64,000 bases of DNA from NCBI RefSeq assembly GCF_009914755.1, contig NC_060930.1; one strand, 5' to 3'. Every line of letters starts with the position of its first letter. Position 1 is the stretch's first letter. Below the pieces are notes generated by a model that was not told where the DNA came from, ran no database searches, and saw only the letters and a program-made list of their open reading frames with translations. Below are positions 27,820-42,029 of this stretch, in pieces. The translations under genes and the position numbers were made by a program. The stretch comes from the human T2T-CHM13v2.0 reference genome, Homo sapiens.

Positions 27820-28246
27820 GAGTAGCGGTTAAGATAATGTATACATAAAGTATAAAGTATTATATACTCAGGAAAGAAAAATAAGTCAATAATACAAAAA
27901 TATACTAATAAAAGATAGCATATATATACATATATGTGTGTGTATGTATGTGCTAGAGCTATGGAAAAGAATTAATTAATTAACCTACAGATTAGGAAGT
28001 TGAACACATCCCTCTCAGAATCTGACAGATCAGGTAAATAAAGAAAATAAAAATCTGAGTCGCATTATTACTAAGTTAAACAACTAATAAACAGAAAAAC
28101 ATATTCTTACTGAGAATAAAACATTCACAAAATTGTGCAGGAAAACATGTGAAGCCTAAATAAATTATGCAAGATTGAGGTCATAAAGTTCATACAGACT
28201 ATATTCTTTTACACTAATGCAACAAAATTAAAAATCAATAACAAAG

Positions 28247-28790
28247 TGGAACCATCCTTACAAGGTTAACAAGAATTACAGATTCTGGACAGACACATAA
28301 TAAATATTAATCAGGTTGCACTTTGTCTCACTCCCTTATAGCTGTTGACTAACCAGAAGACACAGAGCACTAGATACTGACCATGTGCATCTCCATTGTT
28401 CCTATACATAGATCTGACCTTAGAATCATAAAGCTTTTATTTAAGAATTGCTTATGATGTTTTTCAGATCCTGAATTCCAGCAGAATGGCTGCCATCAAC
28501 CAGTTTGAAGACCCTCACAGAAGAACCCAATCAGCATGAGAATGTAGTTCCTTTATCTCCCATCCCATAACTTCACTTTGCACTCTTCAACCAATCAACA
28601 GTCCCCATACTTTGGCCCACTACTCTTTCAAAGTCTTTAAAATCCCTAGCCTCATACTCCGCGGAGTGGCACATTTGGGGTTTCCTCCCTTCTCCTCATA
28701 CAGCTGCTTACCATTAAACCTCTTTCTGTGTGCCTGTGTCTCGGTGTATTTACTTGCTCTACATCAGGCAACAAACCTGTTATGACAACA
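28247..28790 (+). mobile_element. ERV1 solo LTR (MER39-like)
   Basis: tg..ca ends with 4-bp TSD aaag; ATTAAA near 3' end; cagatcctgaattccag..tttgaagacc motif. Confidence 0.75.
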
Positions 28791-28975
28791 AAAGAATAAC
28801 TAAAATAGCCCCATATGCCCAGTAACTTAGACAAAATACAATATAAATCTTAGGTTAAAAAGGACATCACAAGGAAAATATGAAATATGAAGAACTAAAA
28901 GACAAGAAATTACTGCGTATCAAAACTTGCGGGAAAACATATAAAAAAATTTAAACATTCAAGTGCTTTTATCAT

Positions 28976-29687
28976 TGTTAGTAGCAGTGAATCGTACAGG
29001 TCTGCAGCAACCTCAATTCTAGCCTCCTCAGAAGGAAGAACTCGATGGAGGGCGTAAGGCAGAGGGAGGGACTGAGGCAAAATTTAGAGCAAGAGTGAAA
29101 CTTTATTAAAAAGTTTTAGAGCAGGAACGAAAGTAAAGTACGCTTGGAAAAGGGCCAAGTGGGTGACCTGAGAGATTCAAGTGTGCAGTTTGACGTTTGA
29201 CATTTGACTTGGGGTTTTATACATTGGCATGCTTCCGGGGTTGCATTGCTTCTCTCCTAATTCTTTCCTTGGGGTGGGCTGTCCGCATGCACAGCGGCCT
29301 GCCAGCACTTGGGAGGCGCTGCACGTGCAGTGTGTTTAGTGTTGACTGAAGTTGTGCGCATGCTCACTTGAGGCGTTTTTCCCTTACCAGTCTAGCATTC
29401 CTAGAGAAGGCCAGATACCAATTAAACTCTGACATTTGGCCTCTGAATGCGCATGCTTGAGCCCACTTGCCCAACTCCTGAGATCTTATTGGGAAGCTGC
29501 TGATCACTAGTTTCGGGTGTTTCTTTCTATTGGGAGAGACTGCCTTTCCCTGTTGCTGGCTGCGAGCAATTAATATTTTAGAGAGACAGTTTAACAACAG
29601 CCTGACCATACCTGATAGTCACCTGACATTCCTGGTGGATGGGGGGCTTCTCCTGCCCTGCTCATGTCTGAAGTACCTACTGTAACA
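28976..29687 (-). mobile_element. ERV1 solo LTR (MER50-like)
   Basis: Minus strand starts TGTTACAGTAGGTA..CATGAGCAGGGCAGGAGA; 4-bp TSD tcat on both sides. Confidence 0.85.
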
Positions 29688-30436
29688 TCATCAAATGAGA
29701 AAAACTAAAAACCATTAGCTCAAACTTCAACATGGAAGCCAGGAAAAGAGCAATAAAATAAACCATCCCTACAAAAGCCATCCCACCAAAAAAAAAAAAA
29801 AAAAAAGAAAGAAAAAAAAATCAAGAAGGAAGAACACAAAAAGAAAAGAATAGTAATTAATGAAATAAGTAACGACAGTAAAAGATTAACAAAACTAAAT
29901 CTGGTTCTTGAATAGGATATAGGGTAAACTTCAGATAAGACTAATACCTCAAAGAGAAAAAAAAGGCATAAACAAATGCATAATAAAATAGGGAAGTAAA
30001 CTATAGAGATTTTAAAACCATAAAAGAATGTTATGAACAACTGCATGGCAATAAATAGGAAAGTCCAGGGAAAATATGATACATTTCTGAAAAAACAGTA
30101 CCATAATTGGCACAAGAAGAAATTTCAAACTTGAATAGACCAATAATGTCTATGAAAGTTAAAATAATAATAATAAAATTTTCTCTCTCCACCACTAATA
30201 GAGGTCCATTTAGTTTAAAAGATGAGTTCTACCAAACTTTTAAGAAATACAAAATCCTTATTGTATAAAAATTATTGTAAAATGTTAGGGAGAACAAGGA
30301 ACTCTGCCTGATTTAGTTCGTGAAAGTAGTACAAAATTTGTTTTAAGATGAAATTTTTATTCCAAAACAAAATAAAAGCAAATTCAGAGACGAAAGTATA
30401 GGCCAATTTAACTTGTGAATTTAGATGTAAGAATTC

Positions 30437-30974
30437 TGTGATGTTTAATATTGTCAACTTGATTGGATTAAAGGAAGCAAAGTATTGTTCCTGGGTGTGT
30501 CTGTGAGGGTGTTCCCAAAGGAGATTAACATTTGAGTCAATGGACTGGGAGAAACAGACCCACTCTCAATCTGTGTGGGCACCAATTAATCAGCTGCCTG
30601 CGTGGTTAGTATAACAGCAAGCAGAGGAACGTGGAAGGACTAGACTGGCTAAGTCTTCTGAACTCCATCTTTCTCCCATGCTGGATGCTTCCTGCTCTCG
30701 AACATCGGACTCCAAGTTCTTAAACTTCTAGACTCTTGGACCTACACCAGTGGTTTGCCAGGGGCTCAGGGACCTTTGGCCACAGACTGATGGCTGCACT
30801 GCCAGCTTTCCTACTTGTGAAGTTTTGAGGCTAGGACTAGCTTCCCTCTCAGCTTTCAGATGGCCTATTGTGGGACTTCACCTTGTGATCATGTGAGTCA
30901 ACATTCCTTAATAAACTCCTCTTTATATATACATCTATCCAATTAGCCCTGTCCTTCTAGAGAAACCTAATACA
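30437..30974 (+). mobile_element. HERV-L solo LTR (MLT2A1/MLT2A2)
   Basis: tgtgatg..tgtcaacttgattggatt..gggtgtgtctgtgagggtgtt..ctaataca; 5-bp TSD aattc. Confidence 0.9.
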
Positions 30975-31193
30975 AATTCTAAAAAAGAGTTATGTAACTA
31001 AACCCACCAGGATATTAGAAGGAATTCCAATAACTCAAAGTTTAACATGAGAAAATCAATCAAGATATTTCGTACATTACTGGAAAAAAAGAGAAAATCA
31101 TAAATTATTTTAATTTAATAGATAAATAAAATATTCAATAAGGTTCACCACATATTTATAGTTTAAAAAAACTTATAAAAATAGGAATAAACG

Positions 31194-31543
<350 letters not shown>

Positions 31544-34500
31544 CTATCCAAAGCAGTGTATCAAACAACATGCGTAATAGGAGTATTTTAGAAATATTGT
31601 CATTAAAGTCAAGAACAATATAAGGATATCTGTTATTTACTGTAAAACACAGAAACAAAAGAAGTCCTAGTAAATACAATAAGAAAAGAAAAAAAATTAC
31701 TTGTTTTGTACCCCCCCTCCAAAATCACCTAACCCAGAGTTTTGTATACAGTAGGCACTCCAACTATGCTCTGAATATTTTGAAACATAGAGAACAGCAA
31801 TTGATTTTTACTACATGAACCCAATTTGGACTATAAATCTATCATATCCACTTGATAAATTATAGAATAAAGAGTCAATGAGCATGGACAGTACCCAGCC
31901 TGCTTCTAGAAGATGCAGCCTCTGGAAGCAGACTGCTTTGCCAAAACAACAAAGTATGTGCAGCACATGTACATAAATAAGAATGAAATACATGTATGTT
32001 TAATTAACCAGTAAAGATTGATAGAATAGCCTACAGAGTCCTAAGTGTTCAGAGAATGTGAGAAAGCCTGAATGCAGGTGTTGGAAAACCTAGGCTCAAA
32101 CCCAGTGGTACCACTTCAAGTAGTGTAGCCTGGGGCAGATCATAACACGTCTCTAAGGATCAGTTTCATTTTTAAAATAAGTATATAACACATATACTCA
32201 CATTTCTTTTCACCATTAGATTCTTTTAAAAATCATTCAAGTTAATATAATATCTAAAATTTAATGTTACAGAGTTTGCAAAGCAATATCATATAAATTA
32301 TCTCACTTTAATCCTTAAAACTTAACTGTGAGGTTGATGTTATTCCCATTTTTCTATTACTTAATTTCCACTAGATTCAATTTCCATGGGAGCCTGAACT
32401 TTGTCTTCCTGTTTATCACTGTATTCCCAGAATTTAATGTTAAGGTAGCACCTGAGACATTGTAGGCACTTTAAACAAAAATTTTAAACTAAGGTTCAGA
32501 AATATTGCGACTAACTGAAGCTGGGACCCATGGGAAAAGCTTTTTTTACTTGGCTTATTATAGAACAAAATAATATTATGACTAATGCCTGATATAAAAA
32601 CTAGAAAGTAAAACCTTCTTATTTATTCAGTCCAAAACTGATTTGGATAATCTACAACAAAAGAGCAAGTAGATAGTTCTAGAAGATCTATTAAAGCTCT
32701 TTCATGATATCACTTTGGGAATTATGCATTGAAAAAATAATGTTTATTCAGAGATTTTTCCCTTTAAAATATATTAAGAAGACATAGTTCCCAAGCTTAA
32801 CAAAGGCTATCACTTTTAATAATATATTGAAAGTTTAGAACATTATTAAAAACAAACACATCGTACTTAATTTTGGAGGGAATGAATAGAGATGAGTAGA
32901 AAGTCTGAAAGCAGAGGTTGAGTAGGGAAATCAGCATCCATGGGAAACATCCTTAAATAAGTAATTGGGAAGCAACAGATCTTGTAACTCAACAAGGGAA
33001 AATTGCTGGAGGAGTTTTAATTTTAAAGCTAAAAGCGACCTGTGAATAATCTAAGAATAATCTGTTTGTAGATAAACTACAGCTAGGGCTTGTTTTGTTA
33101 AGTATCTTGAGAGGAAAAGGAGAAAAGCAGAATAAAAGTTAGTGGTTATTACACTAGTTGAGTAAGACTTAACATATTATGTTCAAATATTATTTTTTAA
33201 AATCTTAATATAGACCTTTTTGTGCTTATTTCACCTCTTACCTACCAACATATCTAATCTGTAGGAATATATTAATGAGTAGCTGGATTCTTTCAAAAAA
33301 TAATAACGTGTTACCATTACTTCCCTTCTTAGTTATACTCCTCCAGGGTTAGCCAAACTACAGCAGCTCTTTTGTTCCCCTGGTGGAAATGCCTGGAATT
33401 GCAGGAATAGTTTTAAGAGGAGCAAACCTCCAATACGTAACTGAAGAAAACACAGATCTCCATTCATATATTCAACAAACACTTATTAGGCACTAAAAAA
33501 CATGAGATGATGGAACATAAAGATGAATTTCAGTGACAGCAAAGTTTTAAAATACTTAGGAGTATACTATACACTGATGTGGCAAAGGGCTCAGATGAAA
33601 CTGAAGTATCTAGCACATAACATTTAATTATTGGATTTAAAGTATTACAATCTAATTAATATTTGCTCTGGTTGTACATTTATTAGCACCTTGATGTATT
33701 ATCAGCACCATATGTACTAATACATGTCAGTACCATATATATTTATAACAGGATTCCGGCTCTTGAGAGAATAATTTACCCATATATATATCTCATGGAG
33801 ATCATTTGTTTACTCCTGACTGTGCTAAAGTCCTGATTTATTGGGCCAGTTTGAGTACCTGCTACAACTGATAGTTGCCAAAAAAATTTAAAAAGTAAAA
33901 GAAAAAATTATGTGTTCTGATGAGCAATTTAATACAGAATGAGTACCATTCACTTTTCTTGGATGCTGCTCGATTACACCACTCCTCAGGAAGAGAAAAA
34001 CCTAAATCTCATTTTATTTTGCAACAACATAATCTAAAACACTCTAACCTGTGAATTGAAATGCCTCCTTTAAAACCTGTTGAAAACTATTACTTTGCTG
34101 ACTAGTTAAATCAGTTGCAAATGCATAGTCTGTAATTTAGGGCCTCAGCAAATTAAAACTATGTCCTGGACTGCCCAAGGCCACAGAAGTTGCTGTAATA
34201 GGCTCTGGAGGCAGGTTGTAAGGAAACTAGTGGATGCATGAAAGTCTTTTTAAAATACACATTAACTTTTGTTTGTTTCTGTATCACTCAGGGATACCAA
34301 ATGAACCAAGATCCCATGCACAGAACTTCACCTCTTGATTAGAATATAAACACTTGATTCAGAGGTGCTTTTCTTTCTTTGGACTTACCTTTGGTCTTGA
34401 AATAGAAAACACTGATGTCCATCTCTATGTGTAACCCGCTTCCTGACTTAGAAAATGAAATCCACTTTCCAAGCTGTCTATTTAAACAGCTCCAGGAAAA

Positions 34501-34669
34501 GCCATCTATTAAGAACAGAGCTGGAGATATAAAAAAGATTCAGATCCGTATCAATCCATTCAGGGTTTTTAATCTTTATTCAAACATTTATTGAGCATAT
34601 TCCAGGTACCAGATACTTGCACAGTTCTTGAAATACAATGAAGATAAAAACTGAACTCAAAGAGCTTAC

Positions 34670-34876
34670 GGTCTAGCGGCCTAAAGCATAAACTTTGTTC
34701 TTTCTGAACTTATGAACGCAGCCTTCAGATCTCTCCAGAGCCGCCCTGTGAGGCTCGCTTTCTAAGTGATACTTTGTCTGGCTTCCAGAGGCTATATAAA
34801 AATAAAGCCTTTCAAGAAGTGGGAGAAGCTTGCTCTGGGGAAGGATTTTATGCATTCCATCCTATTGTTGCTGTCT
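34670..34876 (-). other. Candidate exon of an unidentified, probably non-coding transcript
   Basis: Branch point + tract + acceptor ttctaacacctcccctttctttcttgttctacag| and donor ACC|gtaagc. Confidence 0.35.
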
Positions 34877-36312
34877 CTGTAGAACAAGAAAGAAAGGGGA
34901 GGTGTTAGAAGGGAAGCATGTGGACACTCGAACAGGAAACGTCATAGAGAAAACTCAGCAAGGCAGACAGGGGAAGAAGGGCTTTGCTTAATTGTTCTCT
35001 CAAAGCAAAGGTATCCCACTTTCAGAGCCAATTTTCTCTTTCAATGTAACACTCAGGAATATGTAATCTTAGATGAATTCATGTTCCTCCTTTCCTCTTT
35101 TATTTCCATTAAATAATTAATAAATTTTGGGGTAACAAAAACTTTAACAGCAATTTTTAGGAATCTCCCTCCTATATTTGCACATTTGGCTCTCAACTTC
35201 TTCTGGAACTGCCTTCTACGTAACACACTCCATATTTGTTACTTAAATGTTCTTGTTTCTTTAAACAAAACATAAAGGTAAAGAAGTTTGGTGACCAGAG
35301 CAAATAAGCTCTTTACAAAAGGGCCAAGCACCACACTATCTTGAAACTGAAAACACCCAAATCTTTTCTTAACTTTTCCTGAAGTTAACCGTCTTTTGAG
35401 CCTAACTTTCTGGGGAGTGATTGAGGACTGAAGGAATCGGGATTGGCAAGAAAAATGTCTCTCCCTCTGAAGCATCTGGCTGCATACTCTGAAAAGACAG
35501 GGCATTTGAAGAAAGAGCATAATCAACCTGTCAGAAACATTTTGATTTCACTTAAATACTGGGCAATCTGACAACAACTTTTCCCACAACTGAGAAGAAT
35601 CTCCTAACATGAGAGGCACTTGAAGACGTGTTAAAATTTTTACAGCTATTAACACATTCCTAAGAAAAATACTGCTGGAGACACAAGAAAGCCAAGGATA
35701 ACAATCTTCTCTTTCCAATGAAAACGTTTAGTCTGTTTGATTAAAGGAAGATAAATGAAAGGGCAAGGGCAAACTCACCTCACATTCTGTGCTACAGTTT
35801 GGTTTCCCTTGAGACCAAATTGTCTCGCTCAGGAAAAATGTAGTCTGTCTTCAAGTCCCTGTATTCTGGAGCAAGGAATCAGATGAGGAATCACTTAGCA
35901 TTCAGCACATCTCAGCTGGCTCTGAAGGGCCTGAATTCTCTGGCAACCTTGACCAGGGATAAGCAGAACGGAGAAGGCAGGGCATAGCCATCAATTTATG
36001 TTTCCTTCTTCTCCTTATCTCCCTATTCCAAGAGATTCAAAGAGAGGTGCAGATAGCCCTCCAATAAGAACAAAACCCTCTGGACCAGGGTACCTAGGCT
36101 CTGGTCCTAGCTCTGCAATAACTGTGACCTTGAAAAACTATTTGTTGTCGCTAAGCTTCAGTTTTTCTTTCCATTAAATTAGGGGGTTGGTCTAAAACAG
36201 TATTTTCACACTGTGATTTGGAGCCATTTGTGGGACATAAAGTCAATTTAGTCAGTTGCAACAGGCAATGCTTGGAAAGGAAAGAGGATAAGATAAGGGA
36301 TAAAGTAGGGAA

Positions 36313-36376
36313 TGGGATGGGATGGGATGGGATGGGATGGGATGGGATGGGATGGGATGGGATGGGATGGGATGGA
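36313..36376. repeat. (GGGAT)n pentanucleotide repeat, ~12 copies
   Basis: Direct observation; flanked by degenerate GGATA/GGACA units, probably inside an old hAT-type relic (~36197-36450). Confidence 0.95.
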
Positions 36377-37911
36377 ACATAGGATAAGATAGCTTAGGAC
36401 AGGACAGGATAGAAAATATCACACTGCTTCATTTTTTTTTTATTGGTGTTCACAGAAGCCAGCATTCATTGATGTTTTTACAACTTCCCCAGGTCTACCA
36501 GGCTTCTTGATCTCACTTCTTCTAGAAGAAAACCCAGCCAAGGTGGTACAAGCTGTAGACAGTGCCACCCAGACACAGCTCCACAGTCCATTGTATAGGA
36601 TGCTGTCAGTTGTCCTGCCCTTTAAGTGCATTGTGAGGTCACTGTCCACCTCAATTCATCAGGAGAGACCTAGTGTGGGTGTAGGGGTGCCTGAGGAGAA
36701 AGGGGTGCTGGTTCTTCCTTATATCCCCTGCCTGCCTCAGCTGGGCTCTGACCCAGCCAGCAGACTGGAGTCCTCTTCTGCATGGTATATTCTTTCCTGA
36801 GACTTTTGTTTCAGTTAGGTGTGTGTGTGTTTCTGTTTTTGTGTGTGCATGTGTGTGTCTTAAAATATAGTTCTATGTATTGTGTCTAGAAGAATGTTTG
36901 ATAAACACTGGATTGAATGATCTCTCAGATTTCCTCTAGCTGTACTCATGTGGAATTTGGTAAGCTATACAGACACCATTCTGATAAGCCTACACTCTGG
37001 GTGGGTCCATTCCAGACCTCATACACTACACTAATGAATATGAATCTATTTTTATGTGACTTGAGGCCATTGAAATTTTGTGTACATTTATGTTCATGTA
37101 TTAATGTGCAAGTGTATTCGTGTTTTTATCTCACCTGATACAGGACCTAACCACTGCCAGCACTGAAGTACAATGTGACTCACTATAGCAAAACAAAAAA
37201 GCAGTAGAGATCAATGGCCTTCAACACTGAAGAAATTAGTTTCTAGAGAAGCCTGGGGCTATGTTTCAGTGCCTAGGGCTATGTTTGCTTGATGTAGAGA
37301 AGGAATAAGAGAAGGGACATACATGTATTGCTATACTCTGGTACCCATAAAGAATGATCCTTTGGGAATATGCCACTGTTAAAGTAGTTGTTTATAGAAC
37401 TGAGCTACATGGTCTTGTGACTTGAAAACACTTGAAACAAGAGTATAACTGCTACACAATCATTTCAAAATTCCTGTTTTACTCACTGTTTTATTCTTTG
37501 GGAGTAGCACTGTGCCCAGGACACAGTAGACATCATAAAATGTCTGTTGGAGTCTTATATAACTTTGCTAGCCACAGGGGAATCTTCTATTTCAGTAGGT
37601 TGGCCCTTGGTTCCTTCTAATTACTTAAAGTCAGGAAGGACTATGATATCCACCCCATTAGCCAGAATCTAGTCACACAACACCAACCTAACATAAGGAG
37701 GTTCATATCAATGAAATAAACATGGATATTTAGTGAGTACTAATATTCTCCATTAATATGATCACTCCCTCCCTCCTTGAAACACTTTATTAACTTAGCT
37801 TTCAGAATACAGCACTCTCTTAGTTTTCCTTTGATCTCGTTGGTATGTCCTTCTAGGTATCCTTTCCGATTCCTTTCCTTTCACTTCTGATCCTTTGCTC
37901 AATATGAAGTT

Positions 37912-38043
37912 CAGTGACTTCATGTAGGTAGCTTGAAATCATTCATGGTGGGACTATTTACACCATGGAAATTGGCAAATGCCACAAATTAGGGCTTTGT
38001 CTTCAGAGAGCCAATTGTTCCACATTTACCAGCTCACTACTGG
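37912..38043. mobile_element. MER63-like hAT fragment
   Basis: gcttgaaatc..catggtggga..tttacaccatggaaattggcaaatgc..catttaccagc..actgg. Confidence 0.65.
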
Positions 38044-38049
38044 CTCTAT

Positions 38050-39500
38050 TTCTATTTTTTAATGGTTCTGTTTGAAATTGTATTATGCATGTTTAACTTA
38101 ACAAAGTCTAAAATTTAAAAATGTCTTGAACCCCTTGTGAATGATACAGACCTTAAAATAACTTTTCCTCCACTGAAATTATAAAGTACTTGTCCAATAT
38201 TTTATTTCTATGTATTTTGTAACACCATAAAATATATGGTGTTATTTTACTTTACACAATGTTTACATTTCTGTTTATCATTTACATTCTCACTGTTTTT
38301 GTATCTAGACCATCCTTCTGAGATCAGTCTCCTTTTTCTTGAAATGTAGCCTTCATGACTTCCTGTAGAGTGGATGCTTTGGTAGTAAATTCCCTTCAAT
38401 TTCTGTAAATTATCTTGTATCTGTAAAAGACTGTATTTTGCCCTCATTCTTCAAAGATGTTTTTGTGTTTTGTTTTTAGTGGGAGGAAGAGAACAGGAGT
38501 ACAGGTTGACAGTTATCTATCAGCATTTTAAAAACATTATTCCACAGTCTTCTGGCTTCCATTTTTCTCTGTGGAGAACACTGCTGTCATTATAATTGTT
38601 GTTCCTGTGTAGGTGATCAACCCTTTCTCTCTGGCTACTTTCTGTATTTTCTCCTTGTCTTAATATTCTGAAAATGTATTGTGATGCTTTTAAGATGGAC
38701 TTCTTTTTCTTTATCTTGCTGGAGCTATGTTGTTCTCTTTGAAAATGTGTTGTCATAATTTTATTTTATTTTATTTTATTTATTTATTTATTTTTTAATT
38801 ATACTTTAAGTTTTAGGGTACATGTGCATCAGTTTTGGAAAATTAATACTTGCTACTTTGTTATATTTTGCCTCTCCTCCATTCTCTCAAATCTCTTTTT
38901 TCAAACTCTTATTGAACATATGTAAGACCTTCTATTTTTATCTTCTATATCTTTCAACGTTGATATCCCATTTCATTTCATCATCTCTGCAACATTCTAG
39001 ATAGATTTTTCAGATTATTTTTTCAACTCACGAACTTTCTTTAATTTTGTTTAATCTGTTATTTTTACCCATCAAGTTGTTTTGAATTACAACACTTACA
39101 ATTGTTTATTTCTAGAAGTTCAGCTTTTTAAAATTACCATATTTGCTTGTCTTTTGTTGTTTGTTCATCTTTTAATTGCATCCTTTATTTTGTTAAATGT
39201 TTCAAACTTAGCAGTTCATAGAGGTTCAAATGTATTGTTTATTCTGTCTATTGACTGTCCTTCACATGGCCTACTTTCTAGTGTATTTACTAATTTCTGT
39301 ATATGAACTCATGGCTTGATATTTTTCTGTGAAAGTCCTACAGCCTTAACTTGGGGAAACATTCCTCCAGAGAAAGTTTTCTTCTGCCCCTGCTGGTGAT
39401 CGGTGGGCACTTATAACCCAGATCTACTTCAGTCTTCCAGAAGAGTTTAACCAAAGACCCAGGTTCAACTTTCTCTCACTAATATTTCCAGTGCTTACTA
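38050..39500 (-). mobile_element. Ancient L1M 5'/ORF1-region relic
   Basis: T-rich degenerate reverse L1 text (tattccacagtcttctggcttcca..ctgctgtca..aggtga). Confidence 0.55.
38755..38828 (-). mobile_element. Ultra-short young L1PA 3' end
   Basis: (TTTTA)n tail + tatactttaagttttagggtacatgtgca, the reverse complement of the L1PA terminus also seen at 52675-52702. Confidence 0.85.
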
Positions 39501-40057
39501 TCTTCATAACAGTGTTTCTATAGTAACACAGCCTCAAAGTTATCAGAATTCATCCCTCCAGCCTACCTGCAGGATCTGGTACACCCCCTACTGCTCTGAC
39601 ACCCAGCTGCTCCAGCCCTCCTATTGTTCTGGCCCATTCCCTCACATCTGCAGCCTTGATCGCAGCCACCTATGCTCAGCCCAACCCCACTGGAGGCTAC
39701 TGGCTGCCCTGAACCAAACATAAGCGTGCTCAGCTGTCTTTTAAAATTCAACTTAAACATCATTTCTAAGAGGCCTCTGATGACAATGTCTTACTTATGC
39801 CCCTACTTACCCCAACTGGATGTGAGACTGACTCCCTCCTTGCTCCTAGGTAATTTCTTCTTCTTTTTTTTAATTATTTCTAATTCTTGGAAATAGTAAA
39901 AAAAAATGCCTAAATACTAATAACAAATTTTTGATATTGCTCTCATGTGCAACAAAACTACCCACATTATATTAAAAAGCAATAATCAGGAATGTTTATT
40001 TCTGATCAATTTATTATTTCACTGAATATCCATTCGATTTTTTTATGTTAACAAGAC

Positions 40058-40170
40058 TTTTTTCCAGGTTTATTGAGATATAATTGACAAATAGAAATTG
40101 TATATATTTAAGTTGCACAACTTGATGTTTATATGTATATATATGCATTGTGAAATGATAAATGATGCCA
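40058..40170 (-). mobile_element. L1MA/MB 3' end fragment
   Basis: tttattgagatataattgacaaata..tgtatatatttaag..acaacttgatgttt..cattgtgaaatgat. Confidence 0.75.
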
Positions 40171-42029
40171 AGAATCAAAATAGTTGGATTTATTTTCAAC
40201 AAAATTGTTTTTAACCTAATTATCACTTATTCCTTTGTGATCCCACTAGATCCTACATGTGTTTTTATATAGCCTCTCCAAACTTTTATTTCTGTACTTG
40301 TATCCTAGACTACTAAACTGTCGATTTCTTGGAGGTAGTAACCACTTACCTTTATCCCTAGTAGACAGTAGAATGCCTCATATTTATTATTCACTTAATA
40401 TGATTAAAGTAATGGATGAAGAGCAACCAGAATAATATTAATACATTTCAGTCTAAGTAAAGTATTCTAGCTTCTGCCTTTGTAAGCAAGTAGGTATATG
40501 TTTTGTACATAACTGTTTATGGTTTTTTTAAATTGGGTGCATCTGTTAATATTGGATAATTGCTTATGTATAAAAGCTCTTTGGTCTGTTGCAAAAATGA
40601 TGATCATGAAATCTAAAACCATGATTGCATAGCTCACAGTTTTTACAAAAGAGAGCGCTCAAGGAAAAAAATGTGGTTTCTACTTCAATTCAGTTTGCCC
40701 TCTCTGGAATCACATTCCACCTAATTATATATTACAAAAATATGTTGAATTTTCCACCTACTGGGACTTGGTGAGATGAATCTAAGGATGACTTGTCAAA
40801 ATCCTAGGTTTCAAATTCAAATGAATTCTGAAACCTAGGATTTATCAGATTTCAGTTGTTTTGCCAGATCTTCCTTAATTCTTTTATCCTCAGTTTTCTT
40901 AAACAAATGCTTTTTTTTGAGGGAAGAGAGAGCAGAGGCTGTAATTTTCCCACAATATACTTCAATAAATATTTATTGAATTGAATATCAGTCTTTATTC
41001 ATGCTGATTCTATTGATCTACTTCATGAAACAATTTACACATTCTATTAAAAGCTATTAAAAGTTGAACATAATAAATAGGGTCCCACAAATATTGTCTA
41101 TTGCATCCAAAAGTAATAGATTTACATTTCTGATTCTACAAAGTTCCTATATTTGATGTCAACATCTTAACAAGCATGGCTAATGACGATGTCTGGTGTA
41201 TTTCTTTAAAAGGTTGGTAATCCTTTCTAGATTAAAATGTCCAAATCATTGAGCAAAAGAAACTAAATTTCATTATCATTGATCCTATTACAAAAATAAG
41301 TAAGGTGGTACAATCAATTTTGAAAGAAAAACTAGAGCAATCTTAGATTGTGTGCTAATGTTAGCAAAAATGACAGAATATGCAGATTCAAATCCATGTA
41401 GGATGCAGTAGCCAAAGTTTTTTTGAATTCATTAGTTTTCCATTTTGATGGTATATAGTAGGGAGCAGACTAGTAAGTAAAGTAGTGAGACAGATCTGCT
41501 GAGATCTCATGGGCATGTCATCTTTCCTGGGGATTCCCAAATAGAGTCAGTGGGAAAGGGTGAGGGGTGGTAAAGGAGCTTCCTGTCAGATTGTTCTGTG
41601 CATTTTTATTCTATAATATTCCTGCTGGACCCCAAGAAAATATGACCATGGGATGGGACAAGCAAGAAAGATTGCTAACAGTGTGTCTTATCTTCACTTT
41701 CCTTGTTTAATAATTACCTTTAGGATATAAACTATCCTAGATAGTATTTTAAGTGCACTCCATATTTTAAAGGCCCAAATAAAAATTGAGTGCAAATGAA
41801 TAACCCTTTTATAATGAAGAAACAATGATTTTAAATACAATAGTTTCCGTACTATATACTGTATACTTGATATAATGGCAACTTTGCCCCCCAGCTCTAC
41901 CAAATAGCCTAGAGTACTTCATTGTCATTTTTTATGTCTAATGCCACCCAAACTTTTTAATAGAAATCTCACTGGTCAGTGTGTATACTTAACGTGGTGA
42001 TGCTGTGCTATATAAGCTATTGTAAGTGC

